The notes: generated by a model not told the origin, from the sequence alone. 64,000 nt of DNA from an uncultured Chloroflexia bacterium (GCA_963739395.1 CAVUAE010000001.1:518056-582055), one strand, 5' to 3'. Shown: positions 35,713-45,490, counted from the stretch's first letter. A program made the numbers and translations.

Positions 35713-36135
35713 TTATTCTTTCTCCTCCCCTTCCAATGTTTGATGCACCTCGTCCCACCTGACCATGCCGTCTTCGATAAGCTGGCGGATTTTCTTTTGA
35801 TGCGGCTTGAGTTTAGAATTCCCAGTCTTAATCTCTAGGATAACGATTTCCCGGGGGTCACCCTGCGCCAGACCAGGAAAAATTATCATGTCGATAGGAC
35901 TGCCGATAAAACGCACTTCCGTGGGGTCGTAAGCAAAGTCGGGGAAAAAGGGCACCATCTGCTCGGTGAACTTGCCGCCGAGGGAAGCTCTACTCCTCGA
36001 AATAGCATCCTGCCGCGCCTCCTCTATCTCCTCCCGAAAGCGTCTTTCGTAGACCGACCGGATAATGAAGGCAATGAAAATAATAACAATAATAGCAACG
36101 ACTACAGTGATGGCGATAATAGCGGCGGTGTCCAT
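35713..36135 (-). CDS. membrane-anchored endonuclease related to archaeal Holliday-junction resolvases (COG4741-like)
   Basis: It has an N-terminal TM helix, then GGKFTEQMVPFFPDFAYDPTEVRFIGSPIDMIIFPG...ILEIKTGNSKL (a D...E-x-K nuclease core). The start is set at the ATG at 36135, with AGGAGG 6 nt upstream; the track starts at the GTG at 36150. Confidence 0.65.
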   Translation of the reverse strand: MDTAAIIAITVVVAIIVIIFIAFIIRSVYERRFREEIEEARQDAISRSRASLGGKFTEQMVPFFPDFAYDPTEVRFIGSPIDMIIFPGLAQGDPREIVILEIKTGNSKLKPHQKKIRQLIEDGMVRWDEVHQTLEGEEKE

Positions 36136-36163
36136 GGCAGTCCTCCTCACTTACATTTAAAGT

Positions 36164-36242
36164 GTCATTCCCATGCAAATGGGAATCCAGGGGTGGAGGA
36201 AAGGAGGATTGTAAACTGGATTCCCGCTTTCGCGGGAATGAC
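36164..36242. repeat. REPIN-like paired hairpins (TCCAG/CTGGA-type)
   Basis: The left arm is GTCA-TTCCCAT-GCAA-ATGGGAA-TCCAG and the right arm is CTGGA-TTCCCGC-TTTC-GCGGGAA-TGAC. It shares its architecture with 45379..45478, where the stems covary. Confidence 0.8.
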
Positions 36243-36261
36243 GTAACAAACAAGTCGCGAA

Positions 36262-36843
36262 CTATCCTTTAGTCTGGCTGCTGCCGGGTTTAACTAATGG
36301 GACGCCCTGGGCGCAGAGGGGGCAGTCCTTAGGTTGGTAGGTTATTACCTGTGTGCGATGGCAGGCATAGAACGGCACGCCGAAGTCGGGTTCTTGGACG
36401 GAGCGTAAGACAAGCACCCCGACGCCTACAATGTTGCCGCCTAGCTTTTTCACCGCGGCGATGACTTCGTTGACCGAGCCACCGGTGGTGAGAATATCGT
36501 CCACGATAAGCACCTTTTCACCGGGAGTAATCTGGAAGCCGCGACGGAACGCCCTGCCACCTCCCGACTCATCTCTTTCGGCAAATATACTACGCACGCC
36601 AAGCTGTCGAGCGGTTTCGTAAGCCAAAATGATGCCTGGAGTTGTCGGACCCGCCACCACCTGCACGCCGCTCTTGCGGTAATGGTTAGCAATCATGCGA
36701 CATAGTTTTTCTGTATATTCGGGATACTGGATTACCAGTGATTTTTCCCAATAAACCGGGGAGTGCAGACCGGAGGTAAGCAAGAAATGTCCCTTGAGTA
36801 AAGCGCCCGACTTCTCGAACATCGATTCGACAGTGTCTGCCAT
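36262..36843 (-). CDS. pyrE: orotate phosphoribosyltransferase
   Basis: 193 aa with the PRPP-binding motif VLIVDDILTTGGS and an N-terminus typical of short PyrE. Confidence 0.88.
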   Translation of the reverse strand: MADTVESMFEKSGALLKGHFLLTSGLHSPVYWEKSLVIQYPEYTEKLCRMIANHYRKSGVQVVAGPTTPGIILAYETARQLGVRSIFAERDESGGGRAFRRGFQITPGEKVLIVDDILTTGGSVNEVIAAVKKLGGNIVGVGVLVLRSVQEPDFGVPFYACHRTQVITYQPKDCPLCAQGVPLVKPGSSQTKG

Positions 36844-36855
36844 AAACCCAAGTCC

Positions 36856-37407
36856 TTATTTAAGTGTATTATCCGATGCCGCTACCTGGTCGTTCAGCGG
36901 GAAGCTGGGCACAGTGCCCCAGTCGGACGGCGGCCAGGTTACCAGCCAAGCCTTGCCGATTAAGTTTTCACGCGGTATGAACCAGCCTCGATGCGAGTCG
37001 TTACTGACATCACGGTTATCACCGAGAACAAAGTACTTATCCGATGGGACTATCTGCTTGGATAGAGAATAGCTGAAGGAGCGTTTGACGTATGGCTCGT
37101 CCAGTTTTGCACCGTTGACATATATTATCCCGTGCGTTATTTCCACCGTGTCGCCAGGCAGACCGATTACACGTTTGATAAACTCTTCATCGTTACCAAG
37201 AGGAGATTCAAAGATCACGACATCGCCCCGCTGGGGGTTACCAAACCAGTAGGCAGATTTAAGAACAACCACCCGTTGACCTTCAATGAAATTAGGCTCC
37301 ATGCTGGATTGGTAAACTTCGTAGGTCTGTAAGGTCGCCCGGGCAGCAAAAAATATCACCAGCGCCAGAGCAATAGTTATCAGTATTTCACGCAGTATGG
37401 GTTTCAT
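36856..37407 (-). CDS. lepB: signal peptidase I
   Basis: 183 aa with an N-terminal TM helix, the catalytic SMEP motif, and KRVIGLPGD and GDNRDVSNDSH boxes. Confidence 0.9.
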   Translation of the reverse strand: MKPILREILITIALALVIFFAARATLQTYEVYQSSMEPNFIEGQRVVVLKSAYWFGNPQRGDVVIFESPLGNDEEFIKRVIGLPGDTVEITHGIIYVNGAKLDEPYVKRSFSYSLSKQIVPSDKYFVLGDNRDVSNDSHRGWFIPRENLIGKAWLVTWPPSDWGTVPSFPLNDQVAASDNTLK

Positions 37408-37557
37408 ATTATTTAGTCTCGACTTATGTCACATTATACTCTATTTTTATTCGTCCCGCCAGTTTATATAACGTCTAATTACCCGACGCGTTCTTGCTAA
37501 AAAACGCCGCAGGTATTAGGATAAATAAAGATGTAATTATCAGGAGAAGTAACGTAT

Positions 37558-37992
37558 TTGATGAAATTTCTACAGGCGATACGGAAACGAATATCGATAT
37601 TAACCCTCGTGCTGCTGGCAGTATTTATCGCGCTAATAATCGTCGCTTTAGTCATCGGCATCGATAGCGACCGCGGGGTACTGGTAGCCTGGCTGGGAGT
37701 TATCATCTTATTAGCCGGACTAACACGCCGGTGGCGCAAGGAATGGCAATACCTCCTACTTATCGCTGGAGCGATTATCGGGTCAATAATACTATCTGGA
37801 CTTCATGAGTTAGTTATTGGTGGTGGCAGCATACCGCAAAACTGGTGGGCGAACTTTTTCCATGCGCTAGTTACCGATATTATCCTGCTTTTCGTTCCAG
37901 TGGCAATTATATACGGTATAATTGGCGCTATCACGCTATTTATTGTGCGTCTGGTAACGCTACGGAAGAAGAAAGTATCGGAAAAAGCTTGA
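37558..37992 (+). CDS. hypothetical integral membrane protein (4 TM)
   Basis: 144-aa hydrophobic ORF with no recognisable motif. Confidence 0.45.
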   Translation: MMKFLQAIRKRISILTLVLLAVFIALIIVALVIGIDSDRGVLVAWLGVIILLAGLTRRWRKEWQYLLLIAGAIIGSIILSGLHELVIGGGSIPQNWWANFFHALVTDIILLFVPVAIIYGIIGAITLFIVRLVTLRKKKVSEKA

Positions 37993-38078
37993 CTGTTGGG
38001 GTAGTTTTGGGTTATCTTATACCAAGACGGCTTATACCAAGATAATCTAGGTATAAATACCGCAGGGACGATAAAAGC

Positions 38079-38690
38079 ATGGAAGTAATCTACACCGCAG
38101 CATTAGCCATCGCCGCCTTTTTCCTGGGAGCCGTTCCTTTTTCGGTGATTATCGGACGTAAATTACTGAAAAAGGACATTACTAATTACGGGGATGGCAA
38201 TCCCGGATCAATTAATGTTTTCCGAGCGGGCGGCAAGACGGCAGGTTTCCTGGCGATAATCCTGGATGTAGCTAAAGGCGTGCCTTTTGTCTTATTATCT
38301 CACCTGCTCAACCTCCCGCTTCTTGCTCCTGTCATCGTCGGGACATGCGCCGTGCTGGGACATGCTTTCTCGCCATTCTTGCACTGGCGCGGTGGCAAAG
38401 CAATAGCCATAACCTTCGGGGTTATGCTGGGACTATTACCCCAATATGATATCTTACTGACGTTTATCATTTTTATGGTAACCTGTGCCCTGCTCATTAA
38501 AAACGATGCCTGGGGCGTAGTTATCAGCGCGGCAGGCACGCTGGCATACCTCACCACTTATAACGGCTATTCCTGGCAGTCACTATTGATGGTGTGTCTG
38601 CTGGCGATACTCATTATCAAACATTACGAGGATTTACGCAGGCTACCTAGTCTACGCGGCAGACTGCTCCACTGGCTGCAAGTAAGATAA
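38079..38690 (+). CDS. plsY: glycerol-3-phosphate acyltransferase PlsY family (paralog 1)
   Basis: 203 aa with GDGNPGSINVFRAGGK, DVAKG and GHAFSPFLHWRGGKAIA, which correspond to PlsY motifs 1-3. Confidence 0.8.
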   Translation: MEVIYTAALAIAAFFLGAVPFSVIIGRKLLKKDITNYGDGNPGSINVFRAGGKTAGFLAIILDVAKGVPFVLLSHLLNLPLLAPVIVGTCAVLGHAFSPFLHWRGGKAIAITFGVMLGLLPQYDILLTFIIFMVTCALLIKNDAWGVVISAAGTLAYLTTYNGYSWQSLLMVCLLAILIIKHYEDLRRLPSLRGRLLHWLQVR

Positions 38691-38723
38691 TCGGCAAGGC
38701 ATATTCATCGAGAAGGATAGAGA

Positions 38724-39872
38724 ATGATATACCAGACAATCATCGCGGCAGTATTGTTAATCTTCTTTATTAACCTTATTCTTAATTTAAGGAATATGCG
38801 GACGCCTGATAAAAACAGCAAAATACCGCATCCAGCACCGCTTATTTCCGTACTCATCCCCGCCAGGGACGAAGAGGAGAACATCCGTACCTGTCTGGAG
38901 TCGCTACAAAAGCAGGACTACCCCAACTATGAAATACTGGTGCTGGATGACAACTCGACAGACAATACCACTGCTATCGTTCAAGAAATAGCATTTAAGG
39001 ACAATCGTATCCAACTATATTTCGGCGAACCCTTACCAGATGAGTGGGCAGGTAAACCTTTTGCCTGCTATCAGCTTGCCCAGAAAGCCAAGGGCTCGTG
39101 GTTATTATTCGTTGACGCCGACACGATACATGAACCCCACATGCTGCGCAGTACCCTCGCCTTAGCGAAGGAATTAAAGGTCTCATTACTTTCCGGTTTT
39201 CCACGGCAGATGGCAAGCTCTCTCCCCCAAAAAATAGTTATACCAGTATTCTATTTCCTTCTGCTAGGCTGGATACCGCTCTGGTGGCTGCATCGTTCCA
39301 AAAAGCCGAAGCCTTCAATGGCTATCGGACAATTCTTTTTCTTCGATAGAGACGAATACTGGCATATCGGCGGACATAAGGCAGTAAAATCTAAAATCGT
39401 CGAAGACATCTGGATGGGAGTAGAAATTTCACGTCATGGGGGTCGCCACATAGCCGTCGACCTATCACCCGTAGTGTCTACTAATATGTACCATGATTTC
39501 GGGGCGGCATGGAAAGGTCTGGGTAGGTCGATATATTCGGTTGCCGCTATGGCACCGTTGGCTCTGGCTGCATTGGTGCTGCTGGCATATTACGTTTATG
39601 TCGCGCCGTTTTTCTGGCTCTGGAATGGATTTTTTGTTGGCGGAGAGTCCCTTTTATGGCGAGGTTTGGTGGTAATACAAATAATTATAATGCTAGTCAT
39701 GCGCTGGCTGGTGGATAATCGCTTCCGTGAGCCGCCAATCTCGATGTGGTTCCAACCAATCGGCATGCTGTTTTATCTAATAAACGTTTTCTATTCCGGT
39801 GGAAGGTGGCTGGTAGGCGCGGGTATTACCTGGAAGGAACGTTTCTACGGTAAAGAATCGACAATAGAGTAA
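38724..39872 (+). CDS. membrane-bound GT2-family glycosyltransferase
   Basis: 382 aa with ISVLIPARDEEENI, LVLDDNSTD and FVDADT (DXD) motifs and multiple C-terminal TM helices. Confidence 0.75.
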   Translation: MIYQTIIAAVLLIFFINLILNLRNMRTPDKNSKIPHPAPLISVLIPARDEEENIRTCLESLQKQDYPNYEILVLDDNSTDNTTAIVQEIAFKDNRIQLYFGEPLPDEWAGKPFACYQLAQKAKGSWLLFVDADTIHEPHMLRSTLALAKELKVSLLSGFPRQMASSLPQKIVIPVFYFLLLGWIPLWWLHRSKKPKPSMAIGQFFFFDRDEYWHIGGHKAVKSKIVEDIWMGVEISRHGGRHIAVDLSPVVSTNMYHDFGAAWKGLGRSIYSVAAMAPLALAALVLLAYYVYVAPFFWLWNGFFVGGESLLWRGLVVIQIIIMLVMRWLVDNRFREPPISMWFQPIGMLFYLINVFYSGGRWLVGAGITWKERFYGKESTIE

Positions 39873-39878
39873 AAATTA

Positions 39879-39900
39879 AGAGGGGGTTTTCACCCCCTCT
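39879..39900. terminator. bidirectional intrinsic terminator between convergent GT2 and dapA
   Basis: AGAGGGGG-ttttca-CCCCCTCT forms an 8-bp GC-rich stem flanked by A- and T-rich runs. Confidence 0.65.
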
Positions 39901-39932
39901 ACTATTTAACTAAATTTTTTCAAATATTTTTG

Positions 39933-40832
39933 CTACACTTTTAGGTCAATAGTCTGTCTCTTTAACTCCTCAATGATTTTTTCGGCTTCTTTTTCCGTGG
40001 GAGGCACTAGCGGTAAACGCGGCTTGCCCACCTTGAAGCCGAGGTAATTAAGGGCAAGCTTAATCGGGGCGGGGCTAGGTATAGAAAACATAGCATTCAC
40101 TAACGGCACCAGTTTACGATGAATAGCCGCCGCTTCCTTGATTTTATCGGCTAGAATGAGGTCTATCATCTTCTTGTATTGTTTACCCGTTAGATGAGTA
40201 GTGACGCCGATAACCCCGTAACCCCCTAACGCCATGATGAGGAAGGTATCATTATCGTTGCCGCTCCAGATATAGAAATCGTTCCTGACCTTAGCCACGC
40301 CGCTGATAACCTGCGCGACATGCTCCATGTTGCCGTTGGCTTCCTTAACGCCGACGATGTTTTTAATCTGGCTTATCCTGATAATCGTCTCGGGTGTCAT
40401 GTTGACCACCACACGGCCAGGTATGTTGTACACAATAATCGGCAGGCTGGTACTCTCCGCCACTGCTTTAAAATGCTGGTAGATGCCTTCCTGATTAGGC
40501 TTGTTGTAATAAGGGACGACGGAAAGGCAGGCATCTACGCCGATTTTTTCCGCCTTCTCAGTATTTTCCACAGCTTCTTTAGTGCTATTACTGCCTGTAT
40601 ATGCTACCAGAGTTGCCTTATCGCCAACCGCCCCTTTCACCTCGGTGAAGATGCGCATTTCTTCTTCCCAGGAAAGCGTCGGGGCTTCACCGGTGGTGGC
40701 GGCTAGGACTAATCCGTCGTTACCGGCAGCCAGCACCGCTTTAGCCAGCTTTTTCGTTTGTTCGTAATCAACTTCGCCATTATCTTTAAAGGGGGTGACC
40801 ATAGCGGTTAAACATCGTGCCAGCTTTTTCAT
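39933..40832 (-). CDS. dapA: 4-hydroxy-tetrahydrodipicolinate synthase
   Basis: 299 aa with TAMVTPF, GTTGE-like ATTGEAPTLS and the VGVKEA (Schiff-base Lys) motif. Confidence 0.92.
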   Translation of the reverse strand: MKKLARCLTAMVTPFKDNGEVDYEQTKKLAKAVLAAGNDGLVLAATTGEAPTLSWEEEMRIFTEVKGAVGDKATLVAYTGSNSTKEAVENTEKAEKIGVDACLSVVPYYNKPNQEGIYQHFKAVAESTSLPIIVYNIPGRVVVNMTPETIIRISQIKNIVGVKEANGNMEHVAQVISGVAKVRNDFYIWSGNDNDTFLIMALGGYGVIGVTTHLTGKQYKKMIDLILADKIKEAAAIHRKLVPLVNAMFSIPSPAPIKLALNYLGFKVGKPRLPLVPPTEKEAEKIIEELKRQTIDLKV

Positions 40833-40871
40833 CGTGGTTTGCCTCCTAGAGTTCCTTATAATGTTTTTTTA

Positions 40872-41660
40872 TCACAAACCGAGCAGTTTATCAAGACCAT
40901 AAATAAAACCTTTTTGTTTGACGACTGCTTTAATAGCCAAGATTACGCCCGGCATATAACATTCCCGGTTGATGGTATCATGCCGTATGCTTAAGGTCTG
41001 ACCGGCCGTGCCGAAAATAACTTCTTGATGCGCCATGAGCCCAGGCATACGGACGCTATGGATGCTGATGCATTCGACCGATTGACCACGACTGGGAGTA
41101 GTTTCACCAGCCGAGGGAGGTAAAAACGGCTTCCCTCTGGCTTCCGCCATGGCTTTAGCGGTCAATAACGATGTGCCGGAGGGAGCATCGAGCTTTTTAT
41201 CGTGGTGTAGTTCGACAATTTCCGCGTGGTCGATGAACTTGCCGGCGATTTTTGCCAGGTGAATCATCAGAACAGCACCAAGAGCAAAATTCGGCGCTGC
41301 GACGATGCCAATCTCATTAGCCCCGGCGAGCTTTTGCATTTCTTTAAGCTCGTCAGCGCTGAAACCAGTCGTCCCGATAACTAGATTAACGCCAGCCTTT
41401 GCCGCCAACCTTACGGCGGGCATCGAGGCTTTGGCGATAGTGAAATCTACCATTACATCCGGTTCACAGGAATCAAGAATGGACTTTAAATTGGTGGAGA
41501 AAGGCACCGTTAAACCGTCTGGCAAAATGAGAGTATCCCCGGTAACTTTAATATCAACCGCGCCGACCAGTTTCATATCCTTTTCCTGGCAAACGGCTTT
41601 GACCACTTCCTGCCCCACCCTACCGGCTGCTCCATGGACTACTACCTTGATTGGTGACAT
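40872..41660 (-). CDS. dapB: 4-hydroxy-tetrahydrodipicolinate reductase
   Basis: IKVVVHGAAGRVG Rossmann start and the ELHHDKKLDAPSGT motif. I chose the ATG at 41660; the track starts at 41675. Confidence 0.9.
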   Translation of the reverse strand: MSPIKVVVHGAAGRVGQEVVKAVCQEKDMKLVGAVDIKVTGDTLILPDGLTVPFSTNLKSILDSCEPDVMVDFTIAKASMPAVRLAAKAGVNLVIGTTGFSADELKEMQKLAGANEIGIVAAPNFALGAVLMIHLAKIAGKFIDHAEIVELHHDKKLDAPSGTSLLTAKAMAEARGKPFLPPSAGETTPSRGQSVECISIHSVRMPGLMAHQEVIFGTAGQTLSIRHDTINRECYMPGVILAIKAVVKQKGFIYGLDKLLGL

Positions 41661-41696
41661 AGCATTACACCTCACACAAAAAGAATGGTAGAAAGA

Positions 41697-43949
41697 TTAA
41701 TCGCGTTTATAGGGGGGTCGTGAAGGTCCGCGATTAGGTCGGCCGTCATTGTAGCGCGGTTTGCCCCTGAAGCCTGACGAGCCGCTGGAGCCGCCCTTGC
41801 GGAAGGGGTAGTCCGCAGTGGGAGTACCACCCTCGGACGGTTGTGATTCTTTTTCAAATAACGCGCGTCGGGATAAATTCACTCTGCCCATGTCATCGAT
41901 ACTGATTACTTTGACGGTGACCTCATCGCCGATTTTAACTTCGTCTTCAACTCTATCCAGGCGGTGGTCAGCCAGCTCGCTGATATGCACCAGCCCTTCT
42001 TTGCCGGGGAGAATTTCCACCATGGCGCCAAAGTTCAGGATACGGCTGACTTTTCCAGTAAAAATATCGCCGATTTTCGCTTCGCGGGTTAGACTTTCGA
42101 TGATGCTAACGGCTTTTTGTGTGGCTTCTGCGTCCGATGAGCCTATCGTTATCGTGCCGTCGTCAGCAACATCGATAGTTGTCTTAGTCGACTCGATAAT
42201 CGAGCGAATGGTCTTGCCGCCCGTGCCGATGACCGCGCCGATTTTACTCTGGTCGATTTTTATTTTAGTCATTCTGGGGGCAAACTTACTAACATCAGAC
42301 CGACTGGCGCTAATAATTTCATACATTTTATCAAGGATGAAAAGCCGGGCATCCTTACCCTGGTTAAGCGTTTTTTCTACAATTTCTAAAGAAATGCCCT
42401 TAAGTTTAGTGTCCATTTGAATGGCGGTAATGCCATCCTTCGTGCCAGCAATTTTAAAGTCCATGTCCCCGTTGAAATCTTCAATGCCTTCGATATCAGT
42501 CAGCACGGCGTACTTGCCGTTATCATCTGTAATTAACCCCATGGCAATACCAGCCACAGCTTTTTTCACCGGTACGCCGGCGTCCATTAAAGATAGACTG
42601 CCAGCGCAAACGCTAGCCATTGAGGTACTGCCGCTGGAGCTTAAAACCTCCGAGACGAGGCGGATGGTATAGGGGAAGTCCTCGTCGCTTGGTAAGACGG
42701 GCGTTAAAGCGCGTTCGGCGAGGGCGCCATGCCCTATCTCACGCCTGCCTGGCGAGCCAACACGCCTGACCTCACCGGTAGAAAAACCGGGGAAATTATA
42801 ATGATGGATGAAGCGCTTGCTTTCTTCCAGTCCTAGTCCATCAAGCATTTGTTCCTTGCGGGTGGAGCCCAGGGTAGTGATAGACATGACCTGGGTCTGA
42901 CCACGGGTGAACATGCCGGAGCCATGGGTACGCGGTAATAATCCTACTTCGCAAGAAAGAGGTCGTATTTCCGTAAGCGAGCGGCCGCTGATACGCTTGC
43001 CCTGTCCCAGAACATTCGCGCGGACGGCTACTTTTACCTTGTTATCGATAGCGGAGGCGATTTCGCTCTCAGACAGTTCTTTATCAGTATTACTGGACAT
43101 GAGGTCTTTGACCATCGTATCGAGCATCTGCTCACGAACGTTCTTATCCGTCTGTTTAAATACCTGCGCTAGTTCCTCGTCAATCTTGCGGCTCAGGGCT
43201 ACGATAGCCTCGGTATTCACTTTTTCTTCTGGTATAGGCAGTTTAGGTTTACCAGCCAGGTTACGTAATTCTTCCTGGAGTTTAATAATATCCTGGTTTG
43301 CTTCATGGGCAAACTTAATACCCTTGAGCACGATATCTTCGGTGATTTCCTTAGCGCCCGACTCCACCATGATGATTTTGTCTTTGGTGCTGACGACGAT
43401 AAGGTCGAGCTGGCTTTCATCGAACTGCGCCATCTTGGGATTTAACACTAGCTCGCCATTGATATAGCCTACGTTGACCGCGCCAACGGGTCCGTCAAAA
43501 GGTATTTCGGATAACGCCAGCACTGCCGAGGAGCCGATAATCGAAAGCATATCCGGGTCGTTTTCCTGGTCGGCGGAAAGGACAGTGGTGACGATTTGGA
43601 TTTCCGAGTGCCAGCTCTTGGGCAGGAGTGGACGTATAGGGCGGTCGGTCATGCGGCAGGCGAGGATAGCCGCTTCGCTGGGGCGTCCCTCCCGGCGGAT
43701 AAAACCCCCGGGTATTTTGCCAGCGGCGTAAAGTCGCTCCTCGTAGTCGATGGTTAGGGGCAGGAAATCCACCCCTTCTCTGGGTTCTTTGTTAAAACAT
43801 ACGGTAACCAGAACTACCGTATCGCCATAACGGACGGTGACCGCGGCGTTAGCTTGCTGGGCAAGCTTGCCCGTTTCGATAATAAGGTCACGTCCAGCGA
43901 GATTACAATGAACAGATTGTGCAGCCAAAGGAATACTCCCTCCAACCAA
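41697..43949 (-). CDS. pnp: polyribonucleotide nucleotidyltransferase (PNPase) with an Arg/Gly/Pro-rich C-terminal tail
   Basis: 750 aa with two RNase PH domains, a KH domain (IGAVIGTGGKTIRSI) and an S1 domain. The TTG start at 43949 is uncertain; an internal TTG at 43928 follows a GGAGGG. Confidence 0.93.
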   Translation of the reverse strand: MVGGSIPLAAQSVHCNLAGRDLIIETGKLAQQANAAVTVRYGDTVVLVTVCFNKEPREGVDFLPLTIDYEERLYAAGKIPGGFIRREGRPSEAAILACRMTDRPIRPLLPKSWHSEIQIVTTVLSADQENDPDMLSIIGSSAVLALSEIPFDGPVGAVNVGYINGELVLNPKMAQFDESQLDLIVVSTKDKIIMVESGAKEITEDIVLKGIKFAHEANQDIIKLQEELRNLAGKPKLPIPEEKVNTEAIVALSRKIDEELAQVFKQTDKNVREQMLDTMVKDLMSSNTDKELSESEIASAIDNKVKVAVRANVLGQGKRISGRSLTEIRPLSCEVGLLPRTHGSGMFTRGQTQVMSITTLGSTRKEQMLDGLGLEESKRFIHHYNFPGFSTGEVRRVGSPGRREIGHGALAERALTPVLPSDEDFPYTIRLVSEVLSSSGSTSMASVCAGSLSLMDAGVPVKKAVAGIAMGLITDDNGKYAVLTDIEGIEDFNGDMDFKIAGTKDGITAIQMDTKLKGISLEIVEKTLNQGKDARLFILDKMYEIISASRSDVSKFAPRMTKIKIDQSKIGAVIGTGGKTIRSIIESTKTTIDVADDGTITIGSSDAEATQKAVSIIESLTREAKIGDIFTGKVSRILNFGAMVEILPGKEGLVHISELADHRLDRVEDEVKIGDEVTVKVISIDDMGRVNLSRRALFEKESQPSEGGTPTADYPFRKGGSSGSSGFRGKPRYNDGRPNRGPSRPPYKRD

Positions 43950-43955
43950 ACGGCT

Positions 43956-44219
43956 TTACTTGCGTAGTCCTAGTTTCTTGATTAGTTTATTATACCGGTC
44001 AATGTCTTCCCGGCTAAGATACGCCAAAAGCCTCCGCCGCTGCCCGACGAGCCCGAGTAATCCCCGCTGCGTATGAAAGTCCTTGCGGTGAGTCGCCAAA
44101 TGATTGGTGAGCTGGTTGATTCTTTCAGTAAGCAGGGCTATCTGGACTTCGGTTGAGCCTGTATCGCCTTCTTTGGCTTGATAGGATGTGATGACTTCCG
44201 TCTTCTTAGCTTTGTCCAA
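43956..44219 (-). CDS. rpsO: 30S ribosomal protein S15
   Basis: 87 aa. [28 protein letters not shown]-like motif. TTG start. It lies upstream of pnp, as usual. Confidence 0.93.
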   Translation of the reverse strand: MDKAKKTEVITSYQAKEGDTGSTEVQIALLTERINQLTNHLATHRKDFHTQRGLLGLVGQRRRLLAYLSREDIDRYNKLIKKLGLRK

Positions 44220-44338
44220 CTTTTACCTCTTAAGACCGTATATTGATTATTTATATTACGTGGCAATTATAACATAATATGAGGGGGAAGTAAATTTGTC
44301 CTCTTCCTTACGCTCCTCTATAATTAAATTGAGACTAT

Positions 44339-44680
44339 ATGCACGAAGCCAGTATTACAGAAAGCATGCTCTCGTTAGCTTTGGAAAAAGCTAAGGAAGC
44401 TAAAGCCGGCAAGATAACCCGTATCAATCTGGTAGTGGGCGAGCTTTCCGGCGTCGTGCCGGAGTGCGTCCAGTTTTACTTCGACGAGATGAGTAAGAAG
44501 ACCATCGCCGAAGGGGCGACGCTTGCCTTTGAGACCAAGCCGACACAGCTAAAATGTCGTAAGTGCCAGACCGTTTTTACACCAGATAATCACGAGTGGA
44601 AATGTCCCAAGTGTAAAGAAACCAGCGTGGAGATAGCATCCGGCCGCGAGTGTTATATGGAAAGCATCGAGGTGGAGTAG
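44339..44680 (+). CDS. hypA: hydrogenase nickel incorporation protein HypA
   Basis: 113 aa starting MHE with ITESMLS, and a zinc site CRKC...CPKC. Confidence 0.9.
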   Translation: MHEASITESMLSLALEKAKEAKAGKITRINLVVGELSGVVPECVQFYFDEMSKKTIAEGATLAFETKPTQLKCRKCQTVFTPDNHEWKCPKCKETSVEIASGRECYMESIEVE

Positions 44681-45355
44681 ATGGCAGTAAAAGTAATTAA
44701 GGTCGGCGAAAAAATCCTCGGTAAAAACGAGGATAAAGCCAAAGAAAATAAAAAGCGACTGGATAAACAAGGCATTCTGACGATAAACATCATGTCGTCG
44801 CCCGGAGCGGGCAAGACCAGCTTGATTCTTAGCACAATTAAACAAATGAGCAAGAAACATAAAATCGCCGTCATCGAAGGGGATGTAGCCTCCAGCGTCG
44901 ACTCTGAAAAGGTAAATGCCTTGGGAATACCAGTGGTGCAAATCAATACTCAAGGCGGCTGCCATCTGGATGCTTTTATGGTGGAAAAGGGGCTTAATAA
45001 CCTGCCGCTGGAAAGAGTTGATTTACTTTTTATCGAAAATGTCGGCAATCTTATCTGTCCCAATAACTATCTACTGGGTGAAGATATTCGCCTCATGATT
45101 GCCAGTTTGCCCGAGGGCGATGATAAACCGTACAAATACCCCGCTATGTTCGCCGACAGCGACGTGGTGATATTAAATAAAATCGACCTTCAGCCTTATC
45201 TCGATTTTAACGAAAAAGCCTTCCGTAAGGTTGTTAATGGACTGAATCCCGATGTTATCATTTTCCCCGTCTCATGTAAAACGGGGGCGGGGCTTAAAGA
45301 GTGGTTCGACTGGCTGGAAACTAAGATAAAAGCTAAGAAAAAGAAACAGTCTTAG
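44681..45355 (+). CDS. hypB: hydrogenase nickel incorporation GTPase HypB
   Basis: 224 aa with the P-loop SSPGAGKTSL, ENVGNLICP and NKIDL motifs. There is no His-rich stretch. Confidence 0.92.
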   Translation: MAVKVIKVGEKILGKNEDKAKENKKRLDKQGILTINIMSSPGAGKTSLILSTIKQMSKKHKIAVIEGDVASSVDSEKVNALGIPVVQINTQGGCHLDAFMVEKGLNNLPLERVDLLFIENVGNLICPNNYLLGEDIRLMIASLPEGDDKPYKYPAMFADSDVVILNKIDLQPYLDFNEKAFRKVVNGLNPDVIIFPVSCKTGAGLKEWFDWLETKIKAKKKKQS

Positions 45356-45378
45356 GAAACAATAATTCTTTAAAAACC

Positions 45379-45478
45379 ATACCGACGCAAGTCGGTATCC
45401 AGTATACTTGAGTAAGTATTGTTTATCGGCGAATATGTAAGGTTCGTCTTACTGGATTCCGGTTTTCACCGGAATGGT
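45379..45478. repeat. REPIN-like paired hairpins (TCCAG/CTGGA-type) in the hypB-hypF gap
   Basis: The left arm is TACCGAC-GCAA-GTCGGTA-TCCAG and the right arm is CTGGA-TTCCGGT-TTTC-ACCGGAA-TGGT. Loops and flanks match 36164..36242, while the stems differ but stay fully paired. Confidence 0.8.
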
Positions 45479-45490
45479 AAGAATATTGCT

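Noticed and set aside
45419-45490. Upstream extension of the hypF ORF.
   Set aside because: It reads through the paired-hairpin repeat. The conserved HypF acylphosphatase domain starts just after the ATG at 45491.
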